Positions 47,655-59,319 of a DNA stretch of 64,000 nucleotides are shown in pieces. The notes under the pieces are model-generated. The model was not told the DNA's origin, ran no database searches, and was given only the letters and a program-made list of their open reading frames with translations. The first letter of the stretch is position 1; every line of letters begins with the position of its first letter. This stretch comes from Camelus dromedarius (lineage: Eukaryota). Where the stretch lies: the NCBI RefSeq assembly GCF_036321535.1, contig NC_087436.1, positions 47,184,001 through 47,248,000 of the forward strand. Reading direction: 5' to 3'. Position numbers and translations under genes: made by a program.

Positions 47655-49160
47655 GACCTGTGCGCCGGCGTCCTCAGCCCTGGGCTCCTGACCTCAGAGA
47701 CTGCACACAGACATCGGTGCCCGGCCTCAGTGCCAGCTCTCCCTTGAGCCCGGGGGCGGGAGGGGAGCAGCGGAGGACGCTCCGGATTGGCTGCGCCCAC
47801 TGTCTTCCCCCCAGCCCCTCCAATCAGCAACGCCGCAGCGGAAAAGGAGCCGCGTTCGCAACCGCGCAGTGGAGATCCGCGGACCCGGTTGGGCGCGCGA
47901 TTTGAGTTTGCCCCCAGAGCTCAGTTGCACCCGCTGCACTGGGTCGGGCTTCGTAGTGACTGCCTCTGAGAAAAGATGTTCGCAATGCATCCTTGCGGTC
48001 TGATTGGTTGTCGGATTTTCTGTGTCACTTGTTTGGCAGTTGAGTACAGAAACCGTGCCAGGTCCACAGGCCCCTCACACGACTCAGCCTCAACACCAGT
48101 ACTTCTAATCTGTGGGAGAGAGAGGTCCCCGCCCCCTCCCGGGTAGCAAAAAGACGGGGCTACTTCTTTATTCAAATCGGGATTTGGAGGAAGAAGTGAC
48201 CCGTACCTCTATCCAGAGACAGCAGGATGATGGAAAGGCAATGTGTAGAATTTGTAGGCGTAGGTGGCCAACGCTCCGGAAAGGATGTGCAGGGGATAGA
48301 GGGGTGGGTAGAGTGATGGAGTAAAGCTCTTAGAACTTACGTTAGACAGGAATATCTCTTACGCGGCGAGTAAAAGCACAGCGTCCATTTCAGTGTGTGG
48401 CCTGGATAAAGGAGAAGATAATCCAGGAATTTGCTTGGAGGATTTAAGTAGCTAATAACATTAAAATATCAGTCAGTGAGAAGGTGTCACAATGTTATTA
48501 TTAGTATGAGACCAAACCTGAAATGCTGAGATCGAGAGATTAAGAATTGTATAATACTTTAAATACAAAGTTCATCAAAGTGATTTATGGCTCCTAGGCA
48601 CTTTCTTTTTTTCTCTCTTCCACAGGGTAAATCGTCTGGTTTCTCTTTTATGTTAGGTTGACACACAGAACTGTCGATATTAAGCCATTTTTTAATCTAT
48701 GGAAAGATCAGTCTCATGTAAGTCAATTTAATTGATCATAATGAAAAAATTTGCTTGTTTCCGGTCTTCTAATCCTTTTTATTTTTCTTCACACATTGAA
48801 AGTTTGAACACCATGCTGTACTTATAAAAGAGACCAAAGCATAGAGGGCCCCGTTTATTCATTCTGTGGTCATCCCATTTTTTTCTCTTAACAAATGATT
48901 CCAGTGGGATATGCTAAATTTCAAATCTACTCTATTCTAATCCTATATTTGCCATGCTCTTCATAAATTCAGCTTACCAAAAAACACACCTCATATCTTC
49001 TATAATTAATCATTAATTGTTAGATTACTTTTCTTGTTTTTTTTGAATTTAGAGAATTAACAAAATTTTGAACTACTTATTTGCAGGTGTGATCTTCAGC
49101 ATGTCATCTGATTGTCTTTGTAGCCTGTTCTCTGAAGATAGTAGCCACTAACATGTTTCC

Positions 49161-49219
49161 TGACAAGCAACTTAAATTCACAAATGACTTGACAAGCAAC
49201 TTAAATTCACAAATGACTT
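49161..49219. repeat. Perfect 29-bp tandem duplication
   Basis: TGACAAGCAACTTAAATTCACAAATGACT at 49161-49189 and 49190-49218. Confidence 0.95.
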
Positions 49220-50579
49220 AAAAATAGTTGAAGACTAGGTGACTAATTTAACAATCCTAACAGACACCCTCTTGTACGGGATATAATTGAATTCACATTG
49301 TTTTTCTAAATAATTATCTTGTTTAGGTTAACAGCTCTGTGATGCAGATAGGAAGTGTTATGGGCTGAATTGTGTCCCAAATAATGTTCAGGGCTTTCTT
49401 GCCAGAGAAAGGAATACTTTCTGCTCCATCCTCCCTATTTAAGTGGGTGAATAATATAATAATCAGTAGCAGTAAAGGAAGAGAATACTAAAAGACCTTT
49501 GGGGTTGGGAGAGAGGGAAAGGAAGACAAGAAGATCATTAAGGAAAAAAATGTATTAATTGAATCCCCCAAGATAATTTTACCCTTTGATTTCCCATTGA
49601 AGTCCTTCTTGCTGTACATGGATTTTTGCTAAAATTGTCGGTAACAGTATATCCAAAATAAATAAGTACTTATTATTATGTTATCAAGAGTGGTGTTAAA
49701 TTACTCTATTTGTAAAACTACAGTTGTCTAGCTGGTTTATAATTCTCTGGGAGGTAAATGCTGCACCCTAGTCCCATTCAGAGTCAGTGAGCATGAACAG
49801 AGAGGGCTTATGGCTTAAGAAGAGTCTGCAAAACACCAGTGAAAAGAGAAAGTTGAAATGCTATTTATACTATTTAGTTGTACAACTCCACTAGCCATTT
49901 CAAAATGAATCCCTTCATTTCCTTTAAGTTCCTATGATTTGCTTCATATATATTCCTTTGAGTTTCTTCTACATATAGCGTTTAGGTACTTGTTTATGTA
50001 CTCTTGAGCATCCCTGTGCCCTCTATGAAATTGAGATGACATATGTGCCTACATCGAGCGTAAGGATTAGATGAAGTAATTAGCACAATGTCTAGCATTT
50101 AGTTGAGGCCTGATAAGTACAAGCTGTAATTGTAATAATTATCAGTGGGGCCCTGATTATGCTTTAAACTCTAAGGGTTGGCGCTATTGCCAACCTCCTT
50201 TGCACCCCTTGCATTTTTACTTTCCCTTTCCAAAATTAGACTGTGAGACTGGCCAGAATATTAATTTGTTTTCTATATTCAGCCTTTAGACCTTGTATGA
50301 TGAAAAAATTAATTTGCCCATATTCAATATTACCCATTCATTCTTCTCCAGCTGAATGTATTATGATTTTCCTGAAGAGGAGATGAAGGAAGGGAGGACC
50401 CTAAAAAATATAAGTGGAAGGCAGAATCTCAAAAGTAACAAAATCCAATTTCCAAAACTTTTTATTTTGACAAAGTGATGCCAGGATCAGAACAAATTTT
50501 TGTTTAATGCCAAATCTGGGAACAGTCCAGGTGTCCTCCAATAAAAGAGGTAGGGGGAGGAAACTGTGACATATTTGTA

Positions 50580-50900
50580 AAAATAGACTACTACTCAGCA
50601 ATAAAAAGGAATATGTTATGATACACCTCACAGCATGATGATCTCAAAACAACATGCTGAGTGAAAAAGCCAGGCATGAAAGAATACATACTGAATAATT
50701 GCATTTATAAGAAGTTCTCGAAAGGCACAACTAACTCATGGTGAGATACTCAGAACAGAAGGCAGGACTGACCAGGAAGAGACATGAGACATTTTCTGGG
50801 GTGGTGGGTATGTTTTCTATCTTCATCGGGTTGTTGGTTACTTGGGCGTATGCATTTGTCAAAACCTAACTGCATTTTGCTCTACGTAAATTTTATCTCA
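50580..50900 (+). mobile_element. Old L1 (L1ME/MC-like) 3' fragment
   Basis: 'ctactcagcaataaaaaggaat...atctcaaaacaacatgctgagtgaaaaagccag'. Confidence 0.65.
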
Positions 50901-52023
50901 GTAGAACAGATGGGGAAAAAAATCCAATATTCTGGTAGAAGACATAGTGAAGTAAAAAGACTTAGCTACCTATTTTGAAATGTATGCCTGCATTATCCAT
51001 TATGTGACATATTGTTATTATAACAACAGTGACTAGTAGTTTAGAATGTAAATAAAGAAGGATAGAAGAGAAAGTGGTTAAAGAGTAACACTCCCTCTTA
51101 AGAAATAAACATAATCTTCCTCTTACAATCAGCATGGCCATAATGGTGCCCGGCTCCTGACTGATTCCTCTGCAAGCTGAAGCATTCGAATCCCTGTTCC
51201 TTTCTTCCCCCTTTTTTACTTCCACTTATTATGCAGGAGTCAGTGTGGAAACCACAAGGGAGTCTGCCCAGATCTAACTGGACTGCCATGGACAGGCTGT
51301 TAACCTTTCTTTTTTCTTCTTCATGGAGTAAAATGAGAGAGCTTAACATAAGGAGCCTGAAATTCCTCCAGTCCCTAACATTCGCCCTCTTAAGAAGATT
51401 CTCAGGAATTTGAACTTGGCCCCTGATTAATAACATGCTTAGTCAATAAAATCTGACAAAAATAAAGTACACTGATAAGGTAAAGGATAAGCTGGTTGCC
51501 TCAACAAAGCATAGGGTTTTTACTTCCTGGTGCCAGTGATCATTTGGCCCTTTGCCTGATAATGAAGCCTCACTTCCAAGTCTCATGAAGAATCATGATT
51601 TAGAAAGGACATTGAAAGTTTACCTACTCTTTCCTTTATGCAAAAACATACTCAAAGCGAACCAGTTTTTTTTGTAATTTATTAAAAATTTTTAATATTT
51701 TAACAGCTTTATTGGAATATAAATTGACATACCATACCATTCACCCATTTAAAGTGTGAACCAGATATTTGAAAGTCAATTTTTTATTCTGATTTAAAAA
51801 TAGCAGTACATAGTTTTTGTAGAAAACTTGAAAATGCAAGAAACTGTAAAGGAGGAAATAATAATCAGTATTATTTCTGTATGTATCCTTCCAGTCTTTT
51901 TCTCCATATATCTCTATTTTTAATCTTTATATTTTTATTTATTTCAATATTTTTATTTAATATATCATTAACAATTTCCATGTTGTCCTCCCACAAATCA
52001 TTTTTAATTACTATATTCTAGGC

Positions 52024-52268
52024 CAGGGGTTCAGCAACATTTTCCTGTAAAGGGCCAAACAGTAAATATTTTAGGCTTTGCTGGCAATTTGTTCTCTGTC
52101 ACAACCATACAGTTTTGCCACAGGAACCGGAAACTGGCTGTAGACAATATGTAAATAAATGAGCATGGCTATATTTCAATAAATCTTTATTTATATATAA
52201 AAAAAAAGACATTAAAGAAAAAGACAGCAAATGGACCTAACCGGCAGGCCATTATTTGCTGACTTCTG
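52024..52268. mobile_element. hAT-Charlie MITE (MER58A-like)
   Basis: Terminal inverted repeats CAGGGGTTCAGCAA and TTGCTGACTTCTG, with 'ctgtaaagggccaaacagtaaatattttaggctttg' inside. Confidence 0.75.
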
Positions 52269-52720
52269 GGCTTTTAAAAATCTAGTCCATGGTGTAGGAA
52301 TATTTCATAATTTATCTGACCAATACCCTGTTGTCAACACAAGCTGTTTTCAATGTTTTTGCTATTATGAACAACAATGTAATATATACATCTTTGATTC
52401 TTTTAGTAGGATAAATACCAAGAACTTGAATTGGTACTAAGGCTATTCTACGTAGAACAAAAGTACAGGCGCGCGCACACACACACACACACACTTTTTC
52501 ATCATCTCAAACAGAAACTCTGTACCCATTACACAATAACTCCCTACCTCCTCCAGCTCCTGGTAACTTCTGTCTCTCTGTATTTCATATTCTAGATACC
52601 GAGAATCATACATTTGTTTCATGTCTGGCTTACATCACTTAGCATAATGTTTAAAAGATTCATCCTTGTTGTAGCACATATCAGAATTTCATTCCTTTTC
52701 ATGGATAATATTCCATTGCA

Positions 52721-53211
52721 CAGATCTCCCTCTACTTTTGATGGGGTTACATCTTGGTAAAACCATCCTAAGGTGAAGATATCGTTAAGTTGAAAATGCG
52801 TTTAATACACTTAACCTACCAAACATCATAGCTTAGCCTAACGTACGTTATATGTAGTCAGAACACTTACATTAGCTTACAGTTGGGCAAAACCGTCTAG
52901 CACAAAGCTTATCTTATAATAAGGTGTTGAGTATCTCATGTAATTTACTGAATACTGCACTGAAAGTGAAAAACAGAATAGGGTGCTGAATGGTTTTAAG
53001 CTTATTGATTGTTCATCCCCATGACTGCCTGGCTGACCAGCTGTGGCACTGCCGCAACCCAGCATGACAGGAGAGTATGGCACTGCCCACCACTAGCCCA
53101 GGAAAAGGTCAAAATTCAAAATTCAACATGTGGTTTCTGCTGAAGGTATTTTGCATTGTCATAAAGTCAAAACATCTTAAATGGAAATAACGTTAAGTTG
53201 GGGACCATCTG
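52721..53211. mobile_element. TcMar-Tigger MITE (MER47/Tigger5-like)
   Basis: Terminal inverted repeats CAGATCTCCCTCTACTT and AAGTTGGGGACCATCTG followed by TA, with 'ctaccaaacatcatagcttagccta' inside. Confidence 0.75.
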
Positions 53212-53860
53212 TATGTATATACTACGCTTTGTTTATCCACTCATCCATCAATGGACGCTTTGGGTTGCTTCCACTCTCAGCTATTGTGAACAACGCTGCT
53301 ATGAACATCGGTGCACAGATACCTGCTCGAGCCTCGGCTTTCAGTTCTTTCAGGTATATATCTAGGGGTGGAACTACTGAATCACGTAGTAACCCCCATG
53401 TTCAACTCTGAGGAATGACCAAATTTTTTCTACAGTATCTGTATCCGTTTTTACATTTCTATCAGCAATGACAAGGGTTTCAATTTCTCTACCGCATCAC
53501 CAATTGTTATTTTGCTGTTTTTTCCTTTTCCTAATAGCTATCCTAATGGTTATGAAGTGGTATCTCATTGTGGCTGTTACATTTTTCTGATGACTAATGA
53601 TGCTGAGCTTTTCATGTGCTGATTGTATATATTAACGTGCCATTTGGTATAAATCATCAATGTCGCCATCTGGCCCAGGACTATTCTTGAGAGGTTTTTA
53701 CTACTAATTCAATTTTCCTTATAAGTTAAAAGTTTATTTGGACTTTCTATTTCTTCATAATTCAGTGCTGCTTGGCTTTGTGTTTATAGAAATTTGTCCC
53801 TTTTATCTAAGTTATCCAATATGCTTATAATCATTCATAGTATCTTTATAAATTTTTTAA

Positions 53861-54024
53861 AGGAAAGTTTTTTTTTATTTGTCATTGTATTATTTAATTA
53901 TTTTTATTTTGGCAGGAAGGGAGGTAGTTAGGTTTATTTATTTTTAGAGGAAGTACTGGGGATTGAACCCAGGACCTTATGCATGCTAAGCATGCACTCT
54001 ACCACTGAGCTATACCCTCCCCCC
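53861..54024 (-). mobile_element. tRNA-derived SINE, Vic-1-like (camelid)
   Basis: The minus strand reads GGGGAGGGTATAGCTCAGTGGTAGAGTGCATGCTTAGCATGCATAAGGTCCTGGGTTCAATCCCCAGTAC (Pol III A and B boxes) followed by an A-rich tail. A 14-bp TSD TATAAATTTTTTAA lies at 53847-53860 and 54025-54038. Confidence 0.88.
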
Positions 54025-56009
54025 TATAAATTTTTTAATTCTGTAAAATCAAGTAGTAAATGTCCCCACTTCCATTCTGATTTTAGTAATTTGAGCCTTC
54101 TTTTTTCTTAGTCAATCTAGCTAAAGGTTTATTAATTCTGTTGGTCTTTTCAAAGTATCAACTTTTGGTTTCGTTGATTTCTATTGTTTTTCTATCCTCT
54201 ATTCATTTATCTCTACTCTAATTTTTATTTCCTTCCATCTGCTAGCTTTGGGTTTAGTCTGCTGTTCTTCATCTAGTTCCTTGAGATCTACAGTTAGGTT
54301 ATTGGTTTGAGATCCTTCTCCTCTTTTAATGTATGCATTTATAACTATAACTTTCCCTCTCAGCACTGCTCTCACTGTACCCCACACATTTTGGTATGTT
54401 GTTTTTATTGTCATTTGTCTCAAAGTATTTTCAAATCTCCCTTGTGACTCCTTGACCTGTTGGTTAAGAGTATGTTGGTTAATTCTCATAATTTTGTAAA
54501 TGTTTCTGTAGACAGTTCATTTTAAATCACTTCTGCAATATATTTCTCATTCACTTCCTTGGGAGGGCTGTTGTATAGCGAAACAGCCTTGAAAAACTTT
54601 TTCTGTTTTTGAGCTTAACTGCCTTTGATGTGATTTAATCCCAAGACCCTTTGGGGTTTGCCAAAACTCTAGTGTTTCCCCCAGTATATAGGCAAGTCAT
54701 TCGAAAGTCAGCACACTAGATTAGTTACTGGTGAAATCTAGTAACTTTGTTGGTAGTTCAACATTGTATCAGACATATAACCCCACTAGGAAGGACCAGC
54801 TGTAGCTATTTATGACTGGGATGAAATAATAACTCTTAATCCCATGGTCAAGGGCAGTGGGGTCAGGGTGAGCCACGGTTTACCTTATTGAATGAATTGT
54901 CCTTTTCCATTAGAAAAAATTATTTCCACACTAGCAATTCATCACTCACACTTTTGGATATTTCTGGAGAGATACAGCAGAACAATTCATGTGCCTGATT
55001 AATGTACAAAAAGTGGGAAGGTAGACAGAGTGGGGTCTTTGGAAGCATAAGCTTAAATATCTGACATTGTTCTCAACTGAAATCCAAAACCTTGCACGAC
55101 AAATATGTGTCTTGTACTAAGTAGAAAATTCTTAAATTCTTACACTGTAAAAATTCTAAAATCCCTTATAATAAAATTAAAGTTTTAATGCTTTGCTGTA
55201 CATCTGAAACTAACACTGTAAATCGACTACACTTCAATAAAAAATAAGAATTAAAAAAAAAGTTTCAAACTCCCATGAATTTATTTTCTGATTAGACTTT
55301 ATCATATATTAATGAGTCAGGTAGTATCAAATGTTTTACTATACATTATCTATAACTCTCACCATGACATTGGGAGGTAGGTTTCTTCACTTTCATTTTA
55401 CAGAAGGGATGGACATGATGATTCAGAAAGGTGAGTAACTTGCTTAGGAATTAAACCTAGGGGCTGGTCCAAAGTCTTTGGATTTTCCACTTCAGCCTTT
55501 ATTTTTCAATCCATATTTTTGTCTAAAAATATCAAAAAAATACATATGATATGATGGCTACTGAAACAGTTTCAAGTTATAAACATCTTATAGTTTGGTA
55601 AGTGCTTCAGTTATTTTAAAGCAGATTATTTGGTGCCATGATGGGCAGTCTCCTTTCCATCAGATCTCCACAAATTCTGTTAATAATCCAAACACAAAAG
55701 ACGGCATTAAAAAATACTCATTCCACAAATGTATGTAATAAGAACTTTATTAGCCACTGGAAGGAATACTAAGACAACCTTTCCTCTTAAGGAACTTTAA
55801 TTTGGTATGGAAACAGGACATATTTTTTTTAAACTTAAAAGCAGTGAGTGTATCTCACATTTTGACAATTCGTTTGTATGCATTTTCTGAGGAAGAATTC
55901 AGATTTGGAGAAGTAAGGGAAACCTTTTAGGGGATGAGACTTCAGCTGAACTTTCAGGACAAGCAAGAGCTGGATAAAGATGAATAATTTCAGAGCTATA
56001 ACTATGGTA

Positions 56010-56225
56010 CCTAAAATATTTGTTAGTTGAATTTGGCTAACACTTTTTGAACATTTATCTTATAACAATTTCTTTCATTTAGTCTTCCCAGTGATTTTGT
56101 GAGACACGGACTATTATTTCCATCCCACAGATAGAGAAACCAAGGCTCAAAGAGGTTAGGCAACTTGTTTAAGGTCTTCCACATCCAGCCAGCACTGGAA
56201 GAACTGAGATTCAAACCCAAAGAGG
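56010..56225 (-). mobile_element. MIR SINE
   Basis: 'cagatagagaaaccaaggctcaaagaggttaggcaacttgtttaaggtc...gagattcaaaccca'. Confidence 0.6.
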
Positions 56226-56503
56226 ACAGGGCCATCCTGTTACCTTGCCCTCTTCAGGAGGCAGGCGATGGTCTGTGTTGGGCAAGCCCATCTCATAGGA
56301 CTGAGCTCGGCAGTACAGAGCACAGGGATGAGAGCAGCCCGACGCCGATAGAGGGCGCTGTTCGTGGAAGCAGTTGGAAAGTGCCTTGCATGGATGGGGT
56401 TCACAGATTATGAAGAACCACGGTAACAAAACAGCTTAAGGCTTTGCACTATGAAGTGTACTTTGCCAAAAAGATCTATTTGTATAAAATCAAGAAACCC
56501 AGA

Positions 56504-56813
56504 TGTTATGGACTACATGTTTGTGTCCCCCCAAATCCATATGATGAAACACTGACTGGATGATATTAGAAGGTGCAGTCTTTCGGAAGTAATTAGGTTT
56601 AGATGGAGGGGACAAGTTTAGTGTCTTTAAAAGAAGAGAGACTAAAGCTCTCTCTCCTCAACGTATGAGAAAACCCAGAACAGGACCCTCACCAGTCTGA
56701 CCATGCTGGCACCCTGGTCTCAGACTTCCCAACCTCCAGAACGGTGAGAAAGACATGCTTGCTGTTAAAGCCACCCAGCTCACGGCATTCAGCAGCCCTA
56801 ACTGGTGAGGACT
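56504..56813 (+). mobile_element. MaLR LTR (MLT1A/MST-like), internally deleted
   Basis: 'tgttatggactacatgtttgtgtcccccc...ccatgctggcaccctggtctcagacttcccaacctccagaac'. Confidence 0.75.
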
Positions 56814-57880
56814 TTAGGTAAATGTCTCTCCCTCAGCGGCAAATGTAAACAATCCCTTCAAACCATGGCCTGGGAAACAGACCAGATGTAATACAAAAGA
56901 TGTTCAAAAGTATCATTTCCTCCTTGCAAAGACCTGAGTGCCTGGGGACCACAGGTGTTTGCCCTGGGGCTTGGTCTCCTCGCTGAGTCAGAACCCCTGC
57001 CGTTGGCTTGAGGCAGCAGGTGTGTGATGAAAGGAGAGGGATGCCAGGCAACAGGGCTCTGCCCCCTCCCCACACACATCGGTGGCGGGGCACGCAGACT
57101 TAGAGCAGATTTACAGAGGAAAGGACCAGAGTTCACATGGAGACAGGAAATCTGCTGAATGTGGGGCACAGAACCTTACAGGGCTCGAGCTCAAGCACTC
57201 CTTAACTCTGCTCTCAGCAACACGAAACCTGTTGTCCAGAACTTTACAGAAGAGGCAATTCTTCCTCTCCCTCATTCCTCGCACTTGGGGTGATTCTTCC
57301 ATCACATTGGTGCAGTGGGGAAATGATGGGCTTTGGCACCCCTGGGCAGCCATCAGTGTGCGAGGTGGGCTCCTTGCCCCCTGGTTTCCTCTCCCAGTCT
57401 AAGTTCCCTCAATTGGAAGAAGAGCATAATGAGATTCACCTGGTGTTAAATAAGAGGACCCCAACTGGCAATGCCTGACCTGTGGTAGCTTCTCAAAAGT
57501 AGTGGCTTTTTTCTTTACCCAAATACACACATCACTTAAGGAACTTAGGAAGAAAAAGAGGTAAATGCTGGATATAAGAACTGAAGCAAAGTGTGCTCAG
57601 AAACTTGGCCAGAAGCAAGCACACATGTTGGACAGATTTTTAGCACCGAGAACTCACCAGTTCATGCCTGGACCAGACAATCCTATGGCTTCACTTTGGT
57701 CCTTTGGGGAGCCCAGAGTCAGCCTAGACTATAATGACTCCCAAGACTGTTTCATTTCCTCAGAGCTTTGCTATCCTTTGAAGGCAGGTCATTGTACCTC
57801 TCCTCCTTTTGATATTCCCTCAGGAATAATTTCTGAGACAGTTACATTTAGCAATGAAGCCTGGTGCACTGTGGTGCCCG

Positions 57881-57896
57881 CCCCCCCCCCCCCCCC
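57881..57896. repeat. C16 homopolymer
   Basis: Directly visible run of 16 C. Confidence 0.9.
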
Positions 57897-59319
57897 GCAT
57901 TAACCTGTGTAAGAAAGGCAAAGGTGCATTACTACGTCCTAGCTAACAAGAGAACTGCAATGAGTTTGCTTTATTCTAACAAATTTGTAAGCTCAAACAC
58001 TTGGGGACTCTTTTGCTTTCAAGGTCATTTTACCCTAGGAGCACTGACTTTTCTTCCCTCTGAAACACAGTAAATTCCAACTGTAAGAAAAGTCAGTAGC
58101 ATTTGATAAAGAACCTGTTTCAAGGACTAGTTTCCCTCCTAATCAACTAATTGGATGATAAGGGAATAAACTCCCCTGAAAAACAAGCAACAGTAACAAC
58201 AAAACCTCTAACAACCTGTGATGGTGACCAGAGCAATTATGACAGGGAGGCAGCAAAAGAGAGAAAATGAAATTCAGGTTCCAACTCCAACACTCATGAG
58301 CTCTTTCATCTCACAATACTGGTCACCAACTCTTTCCTTGCCTACCTCGTGGGGTTTTGTGAAGATGAAAGAATGTATGTCAAGCATGAAAACTGAAAAA
58401 TGCGATGCCTCACACATGAATTAAACACGCCACGTAGAGACACACAGTAGCACAGAATCCATTACTGATACAATCCAACTTACATCAGTGAGTAACCTGG
58501 TCTTGTGTTTCTGATGTTCTTATATACTTTATTAGAAGAAAATAAATGTTCGATGTCAAGGTTAATGAAGTATCACCTTAGTTCCATTATATAATGCATT
58601 CAAGATCAGGGCAGTCTTTGGGCTCTGGCCAGCAAAATCAACACACCAGTGTTTCAAATAGGAGGATAGGACAGGCTTTTCATCCCAGGCCTGGGTGGAG
58701 GTGGCAGAAAGACTTGTGATTTATATTCTATCATTTCCAGAGAGTTCAAAGAAACTTGGATTATCCATCAACTTGCTTTTTGAACCATATTATCTTATCC
58801 TCATCCCCTCCTCCCCCCAAGTTGCTTTTACTAAATTTGTCTTTGAGGGCCAGGCCTTCATCTTTCCAAAAACAACTTTCTGCAATCCGCTGTCGCAACG
58901 ACTACTGAAGTCTAGTTGAGGACATTACCCTGGTGCCCCCCTTCTGAAGGAAGAGGATATTTCTTTCAGAATTGACTGACAGAAAGGACTCTGCTTTCCT
59001 GGAAGAATGAATGATTTTTGTCCCTCTGTGAACAATGAGAATCAGAATCATGGGGTGTGTAACTGATTTTCTTTTTCTCCATGAGTGATTTTATATTGTT
59101 ATGAATTATTTTGAACCTTAAATCCAAGGGCAGAAAAAACAACACACTCCAGTTTACTTAGTGTTCCATTAATTGAAGGTTATCAACTTATTTAAAAAAG
59201 TTCTTGAAGAAAATAACCCTCATGTGATTTTAATGAGTACTTTAAACTAAAGTTTAAAAAATCTTTAAAGAAAACTAAATTTTTTAATTTGTAAGAAATA
59301 GTAATACTAATTTTGAAAA

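Larger units (their letters stand above)
46950..48010 (-). promoter_or_regulatory. CYP2U1: CYP2U1 CpG island and promoter
   Basis: CpG-dense region with a GC box at about 47753-47760. CCAAT boxes lie at 47786-47790 (minus), 47820-47824 (plus) and 48003-48007 (minus). Confidence 0.85.
52495..54500 (-). mobile_element. Antisense L1 fragments (3'UTR and ORF2), interrupted by a Tigger MITE and a SINE
   Basis: The minus-strand ORF at 54199-54489 gives 'TYQNVWGTVRAVLRGKVIVINAYIK...KPKASRWKEIKIRVEINE', which is L1 ORF2p. L1 3'UTR text lies at 52500-53630. Confidence 0.85.

Noticed and set aside
46948..47990. Many overlapping ORFs around CYP2U1 exon 1 (for example the 206-aa plus-strand ORF)
   Set aside because: Stop-poor frames are expected in a CpG island. 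Only the P450 frame has homology and splice support.
49161..49219. CRISPR-like direct repeats
   Set aside because: There are only two adjacent copies with no spacer, the context is eukaryotic, and there are no cas genes.
53950..54024. Possible tRNA gene
   Set aside because: The tRNA-like head is followed by a SINE body and tail and flanked by a TSD, so it is a SINE.
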